This document shows positions 49,600-62,000 of a DNA stretch of 64,000 nucleotides, piece by piece. How positions within the stretch are numbered: position 1 is the stretch's first letter; the number at the start of each line of letters is the position of its first letter. The DNA is from Podarcis melisellensis (taxonomy: Eukaryota): NCBI GenBank assembly GCA_964234715.1, contig OZ174275.1; one strand, given 5' to 3'. The notes under the pieces are model-generated. The model searched no databases. It was not told where the DNA came from and was given only the letters and a program-made list of their open reading frames with translations. The translations under genes and the position numbers were made by a program.

Positions 49600-50340
49600 C
49601 ATTATCACAGATTATTTAGTTCCACTCCAATCTGCATTCAGGCCAGGCCATGGGACTGAGTTGACCACGGCTGACATGATGGATGACCTTCACAGAGACG
49701 GGAACAAGGAGAGCGCAACCTTGTTCCTGCTTCTTGATCTCGCAAGCCAAGGGACTGAATCAAGAGGGTACAGCACTGGAAGAGTGCTTTTCAGCCCCCT
49801 GGTGGTTACGCTATGGGGTGCTGCAGAGCACTATTCTATCTCCAGAGCTATTTAATGCTACACGAAGCCTCTGGGGGTGATTATTGGGAGCAAGATGCTA
49901 TCAGAATGCTAACTACACTCAGTTTCATTTCTCTGTAACATCTGAATGAAGCTGTGTGGGCCCTGGGCTGGTGGCCTAGGTGGAGTGGTGAGATGGAGGA
50001 AGGAAAATAAGCTTAGCTTTAATTCTGGCAAGACAGAGGCACTATGGGTGAGTGGCTCCTGCATCCAAGAAATTGGTCAACTGCTTGCCCTGGACAGTTT
50101 TGCACTGTCCCCGAAGGAAGAATTTTCAGTTTGGGGGTGTTTCTTGATCCAGCTCTGTCACTGGAGGCCCAGGGTAGCCTCAGTTGCTAGAAGCCCCTTT
50201 TACCAGTTGTAACCTTGTGACAGCCACATTCATTCCTGGACCAGAGAACCTGACCACAGTAGTTCAGGCACTGGTGACTTCAAGTTTGGATTACTGCAGT
50301 GCACTCTATGTGGGGCTTCCCTTGTGCTTGATCTGGAAAA
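49600..50340 (+). mobile_element. Degenerate L2-clade LINE reverse transcriptase fragment
   Basis: Frameshifted motifs DYLVPLQSAFRPGHGTE, LFLLLDL, YGVLQSTILSPELFN, WRKENKLSFNSGKTE, VASVARSPFYQL, LDYCSALYVGLP. Confidence 0.85.
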
Positions 50341-50419
50341 CACTTAGTAGTTAGGACCTTTTTACCTGCCTTACCCCACTCAACTACTTCAGTTTGTGAA
50401 ACTGGTACTACATAATACT

Positions 50420-50828
50420 CAGTGGCGTAGCGTAGGGGGTGCAGGGGGGCCCGGCCGCACCGGGCGCAACATCTGGGGGCGCGCGCTCGCACTTGCCCCT
50501 ACCTGGCTCACTCACTCTCTCTCACTGCAGTGTTGGCTGTGCGAATCCGATCTGAGCCGCCGGGTCGCCGCCCACTGTGGAGGGGGTGGGTGCCAGGCGT
50601 GCGGTGTGGAGAGAGAACGAGGGACTATCTGGGGGAGGGACAGTGCAGCGGCCGCCCAGCGCAGCGCTGAGCGCGGGAGAGAACCACACCAGACCAGACC
50701 AGGCAGCAGCAAGAAGAAGCTGGCAGCGGCGGCAGGTTAGGGGGCGCAAATTACTTGCCTTGCCCCGGGTTAGGGGGCGCAAATTACTTGCCTTGCCCCG
50801 GGTGCTGACAACCCACGCTACGCCACTG
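50420..50828. mobile_element. hAT MITE, young
   Basis: Perfect 14-bp TIR CAGTGGCGTAGCGT; perfect 8-bp TSD ATAATACT (50412-50419, 50829-50836); internal 33-bp tandem duplication 50735-50800. Confidence 0.93.
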
Positions 50829-50934
50829 ATAATACTCACTTATAAGAAATCAGTATTTTAGTGTGGCAGCATTTACTTTAATAATCTTAAGATACCTCTT
50901 TTTAACTGTTTTTAATCAATAATTTTAAGATGGC

Positions 50935-51072
50935 ATCATAGAACTGTAGTGTTGGAAGTGACGCCAGGGGTCATTCCCCTTCAGTGCAGGAATCCTGCCC
51001 ACAACCATCTCAGGGTGGGTTTGAACCACCAACCTTCTGGTTGACACAGGCAGATGCACTGTGCCACAGAGA
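50935..51072 (-). mobile_element. tRNA-head/CR1-tail SINE, degenerate
   Basis: catagaactgtagtgttggaag...gggtttgaaccaccaaccttctggtt. Confidence 0.55.
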
Positions 51073-51368
51073 TCAGGTTTTAGTATGTATTTCTGTAAAG
51101 TGCTTAGAGATTTTCCTGCAATCAAGCGGTATATAAATCCTGTTAAATATATTATCAAAATTGGGAGGTGCTACATGCGTTTTTAAAATCACTCTGGGAC
51201 TCACACCATATTTGCAACCTGAATGGATAATATTTGTAGAATATGAAAGCCAAAATACCCAATCCAATTCTGATACTTAGGCTTTATATTTTACTAAGTG
51301 GAATGACTGTAGCCTTCATATTGAAAAGATGACCTGTAGGTATATGCACATGGCAGGGGACTGTGAAT

Positions 51369-51557
51369 TAGGGTTGTCATACGTCCGGAATTTCCAGGGC
51401 ATATCCAGAATACTGCAGCCGCAAGCAGTGTCCAGTGTCAGCAGTGTTGTTTTTGCTGATTTCCCTCAGAAATAGCTCATTTCTTTGAGATTTTGCAAAA
51501 GAAAAGTTCAACAACTTTTCTGTTCGGATTTTCACTTTCTGAAATATAGCAGCTCAA
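51369..51557. mobile_element. hAT-like MITE remnant
   Basis: Left end TAGGGTTGTCATACGTCCGG, degenerate right end. Confidence 0.45.
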
Positions 51558-52864
51558 GTACAAAAGTCCTTCACTCTCCCTCCACTCTGCCACAAAGCAC
51601 AGCAACAAAATTCAAGGAGCAATATTTCAAACTCTGCCAGCAAATCCCAACATGACCCACATTTAGTTTCTTCTCTCCCTTTTCTGGGCGACTGTTTATG
51701 CCATGTGGAGGTCAGGTGGCCAAACTCCCTGCTGACCTTTGCCATTAATTACCTGTGTTCAACTGCATACCCCTTTGGGCCTCCAGTCCCGCCCCCATCC
51801 CGCCCAATCACTCCCTTCAGCTTCTTTCCCTCCTAGCAAACAGCATATTTTTTTCCCTTCCCCAACTAATTAAACTTTCATGCACACATAAGCTTGCCTG
51901 CATCTACTGGCTCCTACTTTACATTACCTTACTCCAGCATTAAGAAACCGGGACACAGTTGTGGGTGGTGGCGGGTGAGCTGCACTCCTAAACTTTCCAT
52001 AAGTATGTTTAGCACTACTGGAACATCAACTGTACTGGAGAACAAAGCTCTTCTGAATCCTTTGCTAATGGGAATAGGCAGAGCTGGCAGTAAGGCTTAT
52101 ACGCCTACCCCATCCTTCACTCAACCCTTAAAAACCAAATACAATCCTATTGCAATCAGAGGAGCTTCTTCCCAGGTAAGTATGCCTGGGTTTGCAGCCT
52201 AAAGCCTTTTGCCAGGATCTGAGGAGAACATCTGGCAAGTGTCAACAACAGTAATACTGCCTCCCCAAGTGCAAAGAATGTTCCTAACCAGCCAACCAAC
52301 CTTTTCTGTCTGCCCTGCAAAGACACCCTTTGGAGAAAGAGAAAGAAAAAGAGAAAGAGAAAGGAAGGGATCTGGAGTCCAGTTATTCATATATTTACTG
52401 TACTGGCCCCTTGCTGCAGTTGACAAAAGGATGGAATCAAAGCACCATGACAATAAGCAGCATGTGAGTACACTCCCACCAGACAATGCCACATACCAGC
52501 TCAATTCCCTCAGGATGCTAAACGGCAGTAGACAGGATTGATTCACAACAAGGCTACCTCTATTGGAAGCATCAAGCAGATTTTCTTTCCCAACCTCCAC
52601 CAACATATGATTGCTACCAGAATTAGCAAGGGAATAAGAATCTGTTTCTACTTCAGTATATAGGCTCACTAGATGGCTTTGGAAAAGTTGTCTATCTGTA
52701 AATTGGGAATAACCATCTGGCTTCCCAGGAAACGAGTAGGTACTTCTGAAATTGCCACAGCAAATTTCTGTCAAAACTATGTTCATGACAATACGGTAGG
52801 CTTTCAAGATTATGAGTAAAGGTGCCTTGTGTTTTTTACTTTATTTACTGAATCATGCATCACA

Positions 52865-53228
52865 TAAAGGTAAAGGACCCCTGGACGCTTAAGGCCAGTC
52901 AAAGGCGACTATGTGTTGTGGTGCGCATCTCGCTTTCAGGCCGAGGGAGCCAGCATTTGTCCACAGACAGGTGGCCAGCATGACTAAACCGCTTCTGGCA
53001 CAATGGAATGCCATGACGGAAACCAGAGCACATGGAAACGCCGTTTACCTTCCTGCCGCAGTGGTACCTATTTATCTACTTGCACTGGTGTGCTTTCAAA
53101 CTATTAAGTTGGCAGAACCTGGGACAGAGCAATGGGAGCTCACCCTGTCGCAGGGATTTGAACCGCTAACCTTCTGATCAGCAAACCCAAGAGGCTCAGT
53201 GGTTTAGACCACAGCACCACCCGCTCCC
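52865..53228 (-). mobile_element. Sauria SINE, near full length
   Basis: taaaggtaaagg tail, ggtacctatttatctacttgcac core, tRNA-like head ...ggtttagaccacagcaccacccgctccc. Confidence 0.9.
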
Positions 53229-54619
53229 ATACAATCATCCCTGCAACCAATGTACGGTATGTGTTATGACTGAAATTCTTAAACCATCAGCTTGATTTAT
53301 AAAGATAATAGTTCTGAGGCACTTGAACATTAAGCCTAACACAATCCCATGCCTATGTAATTGGGAGTCTCACTGAACCCAAAAGGACTTACAGGAACAG
53401 CCCTGGGCTGCACAAGTACTTACATCAGACACTCTCCATGTATGAAGGGGAAACAAAGGCTTATTGGCAGCATAAAAGTAAATAAAATACACAAATACCA
53501 AGCTGCAACAAGACAAAGACTTAAAATCTTCCCATTTATTGTAATATTAGCTTTCAAAGTCAAGAACCTACTTGTTGGCTTGACAACCACAAAAAAAAAA
53601 TCTGAAGAGGGGGTTAATTGTTCTTATGCTGCTGTTTTAGTGTTTTAACTGCAATTTGTATTGCATTGTTGAGGACCTTGGGAAACTATTGAGGGCCAAA
53701 TGGCAGCACAGAATGTAAAAAAGAGATTAACAATAGTTCACTAGCTGCATGACAGAGGTTTTTGCTCAGAAAGCTCATGCTTGCTATATATATCTCTCAG
53801 ATATGATTTGCCCCTATCCATGGTTAGCCAATATATTAAACATTATATATTATGACCGAAGTGGCAATATGGTGCAGTGATTAGAGTGCCACACTAGAAC
53901 TAGAGAAACCATGAAACTCCCTGGATCATCTTAGTCCATCCACTATCTCACAAATCCAGACATTGTTGTAGGAATAAAATGAGAGATAGGTCCCATTGAA
54001 AAGAATTACCCTAACCTACCAAAAGTTCCAAGAAGACACAGGAGTATCTTAAGGCCATTTCCCCTATGCATTCTTTGGAGGATCATGCCCCTTTTCCACA
54101 CAAAGCATGCATAGTGCTCACTTTGCACAGGTTCAAATTTCATGTCAATTACAAAAGCTCCCTAGAATCATGGCCTCTCAGGCTCATGGGGCTGCTTAGC
54201 CTCTGAATAGGTGAGCTATAAAAATATATGAAGATGACCTTCTCTGAGAATATGGATACATTTCCTTCATTGCCACCAATTAACCACATATTCACCCAAA
54301 TATTAATTAGGCAGCAGAGTTTCCAAACAGGTCAGAGCTCTCACACATCTCGAATTAGAAATTTACCACTGCAGGGAAAGACTCGATATAGTTTGGCCCG
54401 GGTCGTATTAACTTGGGAGCAAGACCATCACATTTACTTGGAAGAAAGCATGCTTCGGATCGCAGCCCTGCACATCTATCGCTAAATGATGAAGAAGGTG
54501 TAATTAACAGAAAGGAGATAATTTCAGGCTTAGCAGTTCTGCAGAAGGACCAACAAGGAAAGGAACTTTTACTACTGCTAGCAAAGAACTCTTACTACAG
54601 CTCGAGTTATTATTACTTC

Positions 54620-56020
54620 TGATTTCACACATGCGGCGGCCAAAAGGCGAGCCGAGCGCTCTAGGGCGCTAAAATAACTCGAGGAAACGGAAGGCGCCCC
54701 TTTGGGAGCTTTAAAAATTATTACGGTGGCGGTGACGGGTCGTGTATTTCAGGGAGAGGAGGGTGCCTCTGGAGGGGGAAAGGGCTGTTCTTTTTCCAGC
54801 CTCCTCACTTTCGCAGCTCCCCGTTCAGACCGCGCGCCCCGAAGGCTGCTGCCCCACATCCCAGGTGCTGTGCCGTCGGCCACCTGCTGCCGTTGCCTCC
54901 GCCAAGCAATAAAGCGGGACAAAGGGGAGGCGCCGGGCGGGCAACGCACCTGCCGCCAGCAGCAGCTCGTCGTCCCCTTGCCCAGATTCATGCAGTTTTC
55001 CCACACAACTCATATTTCCCCAAAAAGAGGGACCCGCTGACGGCGGGCACCGTCTTCACGACGCACCTGTAAGGCGCAGCCAAGGCAGCCTCTCCTGGCA
55101 AGGGAGCGCTGAGCACCTGCCCGCGAGGGGTCTCTCCCTGAAGGGAAGGGATGCCTCCTCAACCCTCTGCGCCTGTGGCAATGCGCGCCCGCTTCTCCAC
55201 CACGCAAGATGCGCGCAGCCTGACCGAGCCGCGCTCGCGCCTTCCTCGCCTCGCTCTCCGGTCCAACCCTTCCTTCCAACTCTCCTCCTCCTCCAAGCCG
55301 GCACCTGCTCCTCCGAGCAGCTCCTCGCTCGACTCACTCGACTCCCCACCACCCCGGTTCTTTCGCTCGGCGCTCGATTGGTTCGTTTCTCTCTCCATCG
55401 CAGGGTCAGGAGCTGCGCAGGCGCGGAGCAAGTGTGGGGGCGGAGGGAGAAATAAAAGAGCAGTGTCGGGAGACGGAGGAGGCGTGTCCCCCCAAAAGCA
55501 AAGTCCGACCCGGAAGCGCGCGCGCATGCGTGCTTAGTCAGTCGTTCTCGGAGCGGGTTCGTGGGTCGCCGGCTGCTGCGGGGAAAGGCGGGGAGTGGGG
55601 GGCGGCTGTGCTGCGGGGGCACGCACGCAGGCAGGCGCGCACCCGTCTCTGGATCCGCTATGGCAGGATCCGCGCAGGGGCCGCTAGGGAGGTTGCGGCA
55701 CCTGTGCGGTCGCTACCAGGACTACGTGAAGCGACATCCGGCGGCCACGGCTCAGCTGGAGAGCACCGTGCGCGGCCTCTCTTACCTGTTGCCAGGTAGG
55801 CGGGGGGCGAGCCGGCGGGGGGGGGCGTTGAGGAATCCCAGCTCCCTTTCTCCAACGCAGAGTCGCCGCGGGGAAAGGTTTGCCATTTGCCTCCCTCCCC
55901 CCGGCAGAAGATGTGTGGGCGCGGCTTCAGAGCTGCGCGGCCGGCAGAAGTCCGGCAGGTGAAGTTTTCCCCAGCAGCTGTTAGAGGAGCGGGAGTTGTG
56001 CCAGGTCGGAAGGTGGCAGC
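54620..56020. promoter_or_regulatory. CpG island: PEX16 promoter, probably bidirectional with LARGE2
   Basis: CpG-rich; ATTGG 55377-55381, GC box ~55437-55443, ETS CCGGAAG 55510-55516, NRF1-like GCGCATGCG 55522-55530; contains PEX16 exon 1. Confidence 0.85.
55660..55795 (+). CDS. PEX16: PEX16 exon 1
   Basis: gctATGG Kozak; [45 protein letters not shown]; CAG|gtaggc. Confidence 0.92.
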
Positions 56021-59000
56021 CCCAAGCGAGAGAGGAAATAAATGACTGGGGGTGTGTGTGTGTCCCTTTTCCAAATCCTCCAGACCTTTGGACTCGGATT
56101 TGGAGGGAGATCTGCTCGAATGAATCCCTTTACTTTGCATCTTGCTAAGAGTACTGTACCCTAATTTGTTTAATTGAGTTCTTCAGGCAGCCCTCTGCCA
56201 CTTCCCGTTTGGGTGACCTGCCTGTTTCAGTGCCTGCAGCCGGTTTCAATCACCGGTTTGATAACCTCCTGTTTGAAAGCGCCCAGGTCACACTCGATGC
56301 TCCAAGATAGCTCACCTTGTTGGTGACTTCTGTTGCAACCTTGGGTAGCTGCAGGGCAGTTACTTTCCAATCCGTAAGAGCTCTGCTAGATCAAACCCAG
56401 AGTCCATCTGGTCCATTATTTTGTTTCCAGTGGTGACCAGGCAAATTCATTCCCTGGAAGGAAGCCCTAGGCAGCTCAGACATAGACATAGGCAGCTCAG
56501 ATCCCATATTGCCTCAATGTCTATCACTTTATAACTATTTGCGCTGCATTTCCTTTGCCATTTTGTTTTCTGTTGTGGACAAATCATTTTGGAGTTTTTC
56601 ATGGTCTGTTTGACTTTTCACCACACTTGAATAATTTGCTATCATCTGCAAACTTGGCTGCCTTGTTGGATAATATATAAATAAGTTAAAGTTCCCAATA
56701 CTTATCCCAGTTCAGATGCTTGGAGAGCCTCTCTGTTGTGACAGCTGTTGTTCCTACCATCTGCTTCCTATTCTTGCACCATTTCCCACTCCACAAGTGG
56801 ACCAGTCCTCTGGTTCCATACTTCCATATTTTATCAGTTAGGTGGTGATGGAACCAAATGATAACCATCACCTGACTATAAGTTGCAGTATACCTGGTCA
56901 AGAGAACATCTAAAACAAAAATAAAATTTGCTCATTGTTCATCAGAAAAAAACAATATTTTTAACCTAATTATGACTATATTGTTTAAACCATAATTTAC
57001 AGTGGCCCTAGTGTCTGTCAAATATAAAGAAAAATCTGGGATTACATTCCTACAATGCTGTGGCAAAGAGACTCAAATTGGAGAATTGTCAGCTGTCATT
57101 TACCTATAGGACGTGTCTCCTCTTGTTGATGAAACTGCAGTTCAGCTCTGTATTGGTTAAGAAGATGCAGAGTAGATGTAGGCTTCTGTGGGAAATTTTA
57201 ACCTCCAGGCTGATTGAGCAACAGGGTAGCATGTTTGTGTAAGAATTGCATCAAAGCCTTTCCCTCAGAAGACCTGTTTGGACTGTTTTCAAAAGAGTGT
57301 GGAATATTGGTTCATGTCTTCCTTATGCTTATTTTCCAGGTCGGTTTTCTGACTCTCATGAACTGTCTGAGCTGGGTAAGTAGAGCTGGAGATTGGCTGT
57401 GGGGTCCCAGACCTATGCTATGTTTTGCAAATAATGTCATGCTTTGTCGGGAGAAGATGACCTGAAGGAGGCCTTGTCTTAAGGAGAAAGATTTAATGCA
57501 TAGCCAAGATTTCTCAGTGGTTGCTGAAAGTTTTGGTGCAGAGTAAATGAGCTTGGACTGGAAAAAATCCTTTTTCTTATGAAGGCCTATTGACCCAAAG
57601 GGAAATGATAATAATGTGGGCAGGGAGGCACACACATGTTTGAGGCAGAAGGTGTTCACTGTAGCGACCCCAGGGTTTAAAATTCATTGCTCCATTAGAC
57701 TGCCACACTATAGACCTTTCAGAATGATCTGAAGGCTCACTTTTTCACTTGAGGGTTTTAAAAATTATCATGCCGTTCTTGCTGTTGGTTTTGATGACAT
57801 TTTAGAAATGCTTGGTGGACATTTATGAGTTACTAGTTTCCCAGTAATTCATCCTTATTTTATTGTAATTTTGTGTTTTAATGTAAGCCATCTTGAAAGA
57901 GTTAGTTTATAGTTTTTCTAGACTGCCCTTCATCCAGAAGAATTTCAGGACAGTACAATATAGTAGAACCTCTAAACTCAAAAAGAGGAAGTGGTCCTTT
58001 AAGTATTTTGGTCTTAAGTCATCTAGGGTCTTACAGGCTAACATTACAAATTGGGTGTGGTACCAGAAGCAGCCAGCATAGTTCCTGAAGGCTAGGTATA
58101 ATATGATCTCACCTTGCTGTAATGTTCAATAATCCAGTGGTGGCATTCTGCACACACTGCAATTTTCAGGCCATTTTCAATGGGATCCCCAAGTAGTGTG
58201 CATTACAACAATTTGTTCTTGAGTTCACTGTGCCCAAGCTATCCTAATCCAGGAAGGGGGACACTTGGTGACTCATCCAGAACTCTGGGGCTCAAGCAAT
58301 TGGAACAAGGAGTACTCACAAACTACCAATCATCTCTGTGACTTCATCTAGAAGAGGTTTTCTCTGCAACTCCCAGACACAATAACTGCCTACCAACAGT
58401 GCTTTCATCTTGTTGGATTTCAGTTCACTCTCAAGTCAGTGTATAAATACATTAAATAAATAAATGGTAATGGTGGATGTTTTCTGATGCCCCAGGCAAC
58501 TGCCAGCAAATGGCTAGTTTCACTCCATTAAGTTGATGTTCAGATCCTGTATGTCTAAGTCATTTATATCTAATTAAAAACAACAAGCAAATTACTGTCT
58601 GTTTTGTATCTGATTTGCTTCTGCTCATTCTTTCTTGCAACAGCCATCCTACTTCAATAAGGCCAGAATATTTGCCAGGTGCTAGCAGCCTAGCTCAGGT
58701 CAAAGGTATTCTGAAGACTATAAGCAAACATCCATTCTGAAATAGCATTTATGGTGATAAAGGTATACCATCTGATAGCATCATTCCAAGGGCAAGAATG
58801 AATGGACCTGTTTACCACATACACCCATTGCACCAGATTATGGAAGAGGGCCAAGGCGCTTGGCTACCTATGTGCAACTGAGAAAGTTGCATAATTGTGA
58901 GGACCTGCCCAGAGATGGCAATGCTCACTTTATCTTCATGTTGCCTCTCCTTCAAGAAAAGGTTGTTTGATTAAATCAGTGTCCTCTTCTAATCAATGGC

Positions 59001-62000
59001 CTTTTCTTTTCCTGGTTATAAGCAGTAATTCTTCCTGTGCCTTTTCCTCCTTTTGCTTTCTCAGTTTATTCTGCCTCCAATTTGCTGGTGCTGTTGAATG
59101 ACTGGATCCTTCGGAAAGAGCTGCAGCCCCCTCTTTCTGTGGTAAGAATCTTTTCTATGCAAGGGAAGAGGCAGGTGGGGTACAATCCCTGTCTCCCATG
59201 CCAAGGACTAGAATGTCGCTCCTGGCTTTTATCCTGTTGGCAATAGATTCTGAAGCTGCTGCTATCTGGTTGAATCTTGGGCATCTGCCAGCCCTTGTCT
59301 GCTTGCGCCACAACATTCTGGAAGGTTGATGAAAGTTACAGTGGCCTCCAGGAATACTGCTGGCTTATACTGTGAGTGACACCAGTTTCTTGAGCCATTC
59401 AAAATCCAACTCTTTCTTTACCTGGTGTGCACCACATGAACTCTGGCCTCTATGTAATTCCCTTTAAGGATTGGGGTGGGGGTGCGGGTGAAGGAGCCCA
59501 ATTGATCTTTCACTGAAATCAATATATTCTTTAGGATCTTCTTCCGTTTCAATTGTGGTGGTAGAACAGAAAGCATCAGGCACTGCTGAGTTTAAAGGAA
59601 AGTTTGAGGACATGGGGTAGCATTGAAGGTTTGGAGACAAAGGGAGCAGGTTGTTCAGCCATCGGGGGACTGACAAAATAAATGATGATAATAATTAATA
59701 ATTTTATTATTTATACTCCTGTGATTATAAGAATTTGTGTAGCTCAGTTGTGCAGTCCTGAGCATTTGGACTCACCAAACAGTCCCGCTCAGTGTTGTGG
59801 GTTGGATTTTTCCCCCCAGTCCTTCATTTTTCTGTGGAAAACTTTCTATTTTCATAAGCTCATTATTAATGATTAAATGGATGCCAATTACAAATATAGT
59901 ATAAGGCAAACTTGGCAGTTTCAATGTGTTTTGTTTACTAAGCACAAGTGGAATAAACACGCTAAATTAGATCGCTCTCTAGGGCATGAGAAAATTTTCC
60001 AGTGCCAACTATTTTTTTATGCAAATTACATTAATTTGTATATGTTTTTCCCATCTTGAAATTTTCTGAAAAACCCACATCACAGGTTCTGCTGTGTTCA
60101 AGAGAGCTTACTCCCTAGTCTTCCTTAAGATTGCAGCCTAAGTAAATGTAGGCAGTTTGCAGAAAGGCATTATTAACACTGAATGCAGAACTCTTCTCCC
60201 AACACAAATGGCTCTTACTGCCAACATAAATGGCTCTTCCACTTCTTATGGTCATGAGAAAGAGGTTGCTGATTAAAGATCCAGCTAATTTCGCCTTTGC
60301 CAACCTGAGGCTCTCCAGATGTTTTGGACCAGATGTTTTACAGCAGCCCTAGTCAGCACATGACATGCCCAGGTTGGTGAAGGCTGATTTGATCCAATGT
60401 TGTAAATACAACAGTGACTTCCTAACAGAGATCTGCAAGCAGGGAATGAGAAGGGTAGCCATCCTCTGTTACTTACCCCACCATTTGTCAGGAAAGCTTG
60501 AGTTCAGCTAACCTCTCTACCTGCAGGCAAACACAACTGTGGCACACAGATCTATGTTGTTGTGTGATTGATGAGCCTGTCTGAGGGTATTTAAAGCTGG
60601 TAGGGCCACTGGAATCCAGCTGGTTCCCTTACTTTTCTTTGTATGAGGGACTCTTGACCTATTCCTCCTCTCAGCCCCCTGCAGAATCACCTTGCTATGG
60701 TTTAAGAGGAGAACTTTGGCTATGCTTTGAAGCCGGTCGCATCATGTTGTCTCTCACTTGCCTCTTGCTTTGCAGGCGCTTCCCCAGCAGAAACTGTTGA
60801 CATGGCTGAGTGTCATCGAATGCGTGGAGGTCTTTGCCGAGATGGGGGCTGCCAAAGTGTGGGGCGAGACTGGCCGGTGGGCCATCATTGTCCTCATCCA
60901 GCTGGCCAAGTGAGTGTTCAACGGAGAGGAACTATTGCACCTTGTGAATCCCAAGGGTGTAAATGTGAATCCTTTGGTGGGAGGCGGGGGAAAGAGACTC
61001 TTGTTGGAACCTTGATTGTTGGGGTTAATGTGCCACAATAAAGTGGTACCTCTGGTTACGAACGCTTCAGGTTACGAGCTCCGCTAACCCAGAAGTAGCT
61101 GCTTGTGAACTTTGCCCCAGGATGTAAACGGAAATCGCGCACCTCTGGCACGCGGGCAGCGAGAGGCTCCATTAGCGTAAAGCATGCCTTAGGATAAGAA
61201 CAGTTTCACCTTAAGAAGAGACCTCTGGAATGAATTAAGTTTGTAACCAGAGGTACCACTGCACTCTAGGTTGGGCACTTCCTGCATGACACTGAGAGCA
61301 CTGTTCTAGTTTTACAATGTTCCCTAGTTGCCGTGTTCCATCATGGGACTGGATTGGGTCATTGTACTCAGATAGCACCTTGTTCCAACTGGGCATGCCC
61401 AAGGAGCTGTATGCCTTTGGGATTCCTCCAGTTATAGCTCCCCATCTGCATCCCTCACCTGATTGCTGTCTTAACTCTTCCTTCTCCTCCAGTGATTGTA
61501 GCTGGAACTTCTGGTAACAGCAGCAACCTGACAGGAACCTCACTGCACACGCATCACTGAATAGGGTTGCAAATGCAAGGTTGCGTGAATGGTCCTGTGA
61601 TGGCAAATCGGAGAGCTATATCTTTCTACCGCCTTGGCGGTGAAGTGTCTAGTGTGCGCCTGGCATTTATAGCCCCAGATTTTTCTAACCCACAGGGCCA
61701 TCTTGCGCCTCCTGCTCTTGCTGTGGTACAAAACTGGCATCCAGACATCTCCTCCTATTGTGCCTCTAGACAGAAGGCAGTCATTGCAGCAGAAAGGTGA
61801 GTCAAGTGCATGGTGGATTGCAACCACTTTGGCTTTAGTCAGGAAGGAAGTTCTGAATGCCGGCCAACTGATTGACTAGGTTTGAGAAAAGGAAGGGTTT
61901 GTGTAACCTGAGCAGCAGTAAATCTTTGTCATTTCACCAGCTGTTCATCTCGGTTTTTGCAGACGCTTTCACAGACTGTTGAACTCCCTGCGGCCCTTTA

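Noticed and set aside
49565-50340. RT-like ORFs as a domesticated gene
   Set aside because: Frameshifted, internally deleted, no intact YADD-type catalytic motif; a decayed L2 copy
52199-52807. 202-aa minus-strand ORF, the longest unexplained one
   Set aside because: Non-ATG start, no recognisable domain, crosses a purine-rich simple repeat; compatible with chance in 64 kb
33300-54600. Hidden protein-coding gene between LARGE2 and PEX16
   Set aside because: No chain of phase-compatible exons with recognisable homology; mostly TE remnants. Small exons cannot be excluded without RNA data
54702-56140. Long ORFs around the PEX16 promoter other than exon 1
   Set aside because: GC-rich artefacts; only 55660-55795 matches a protein
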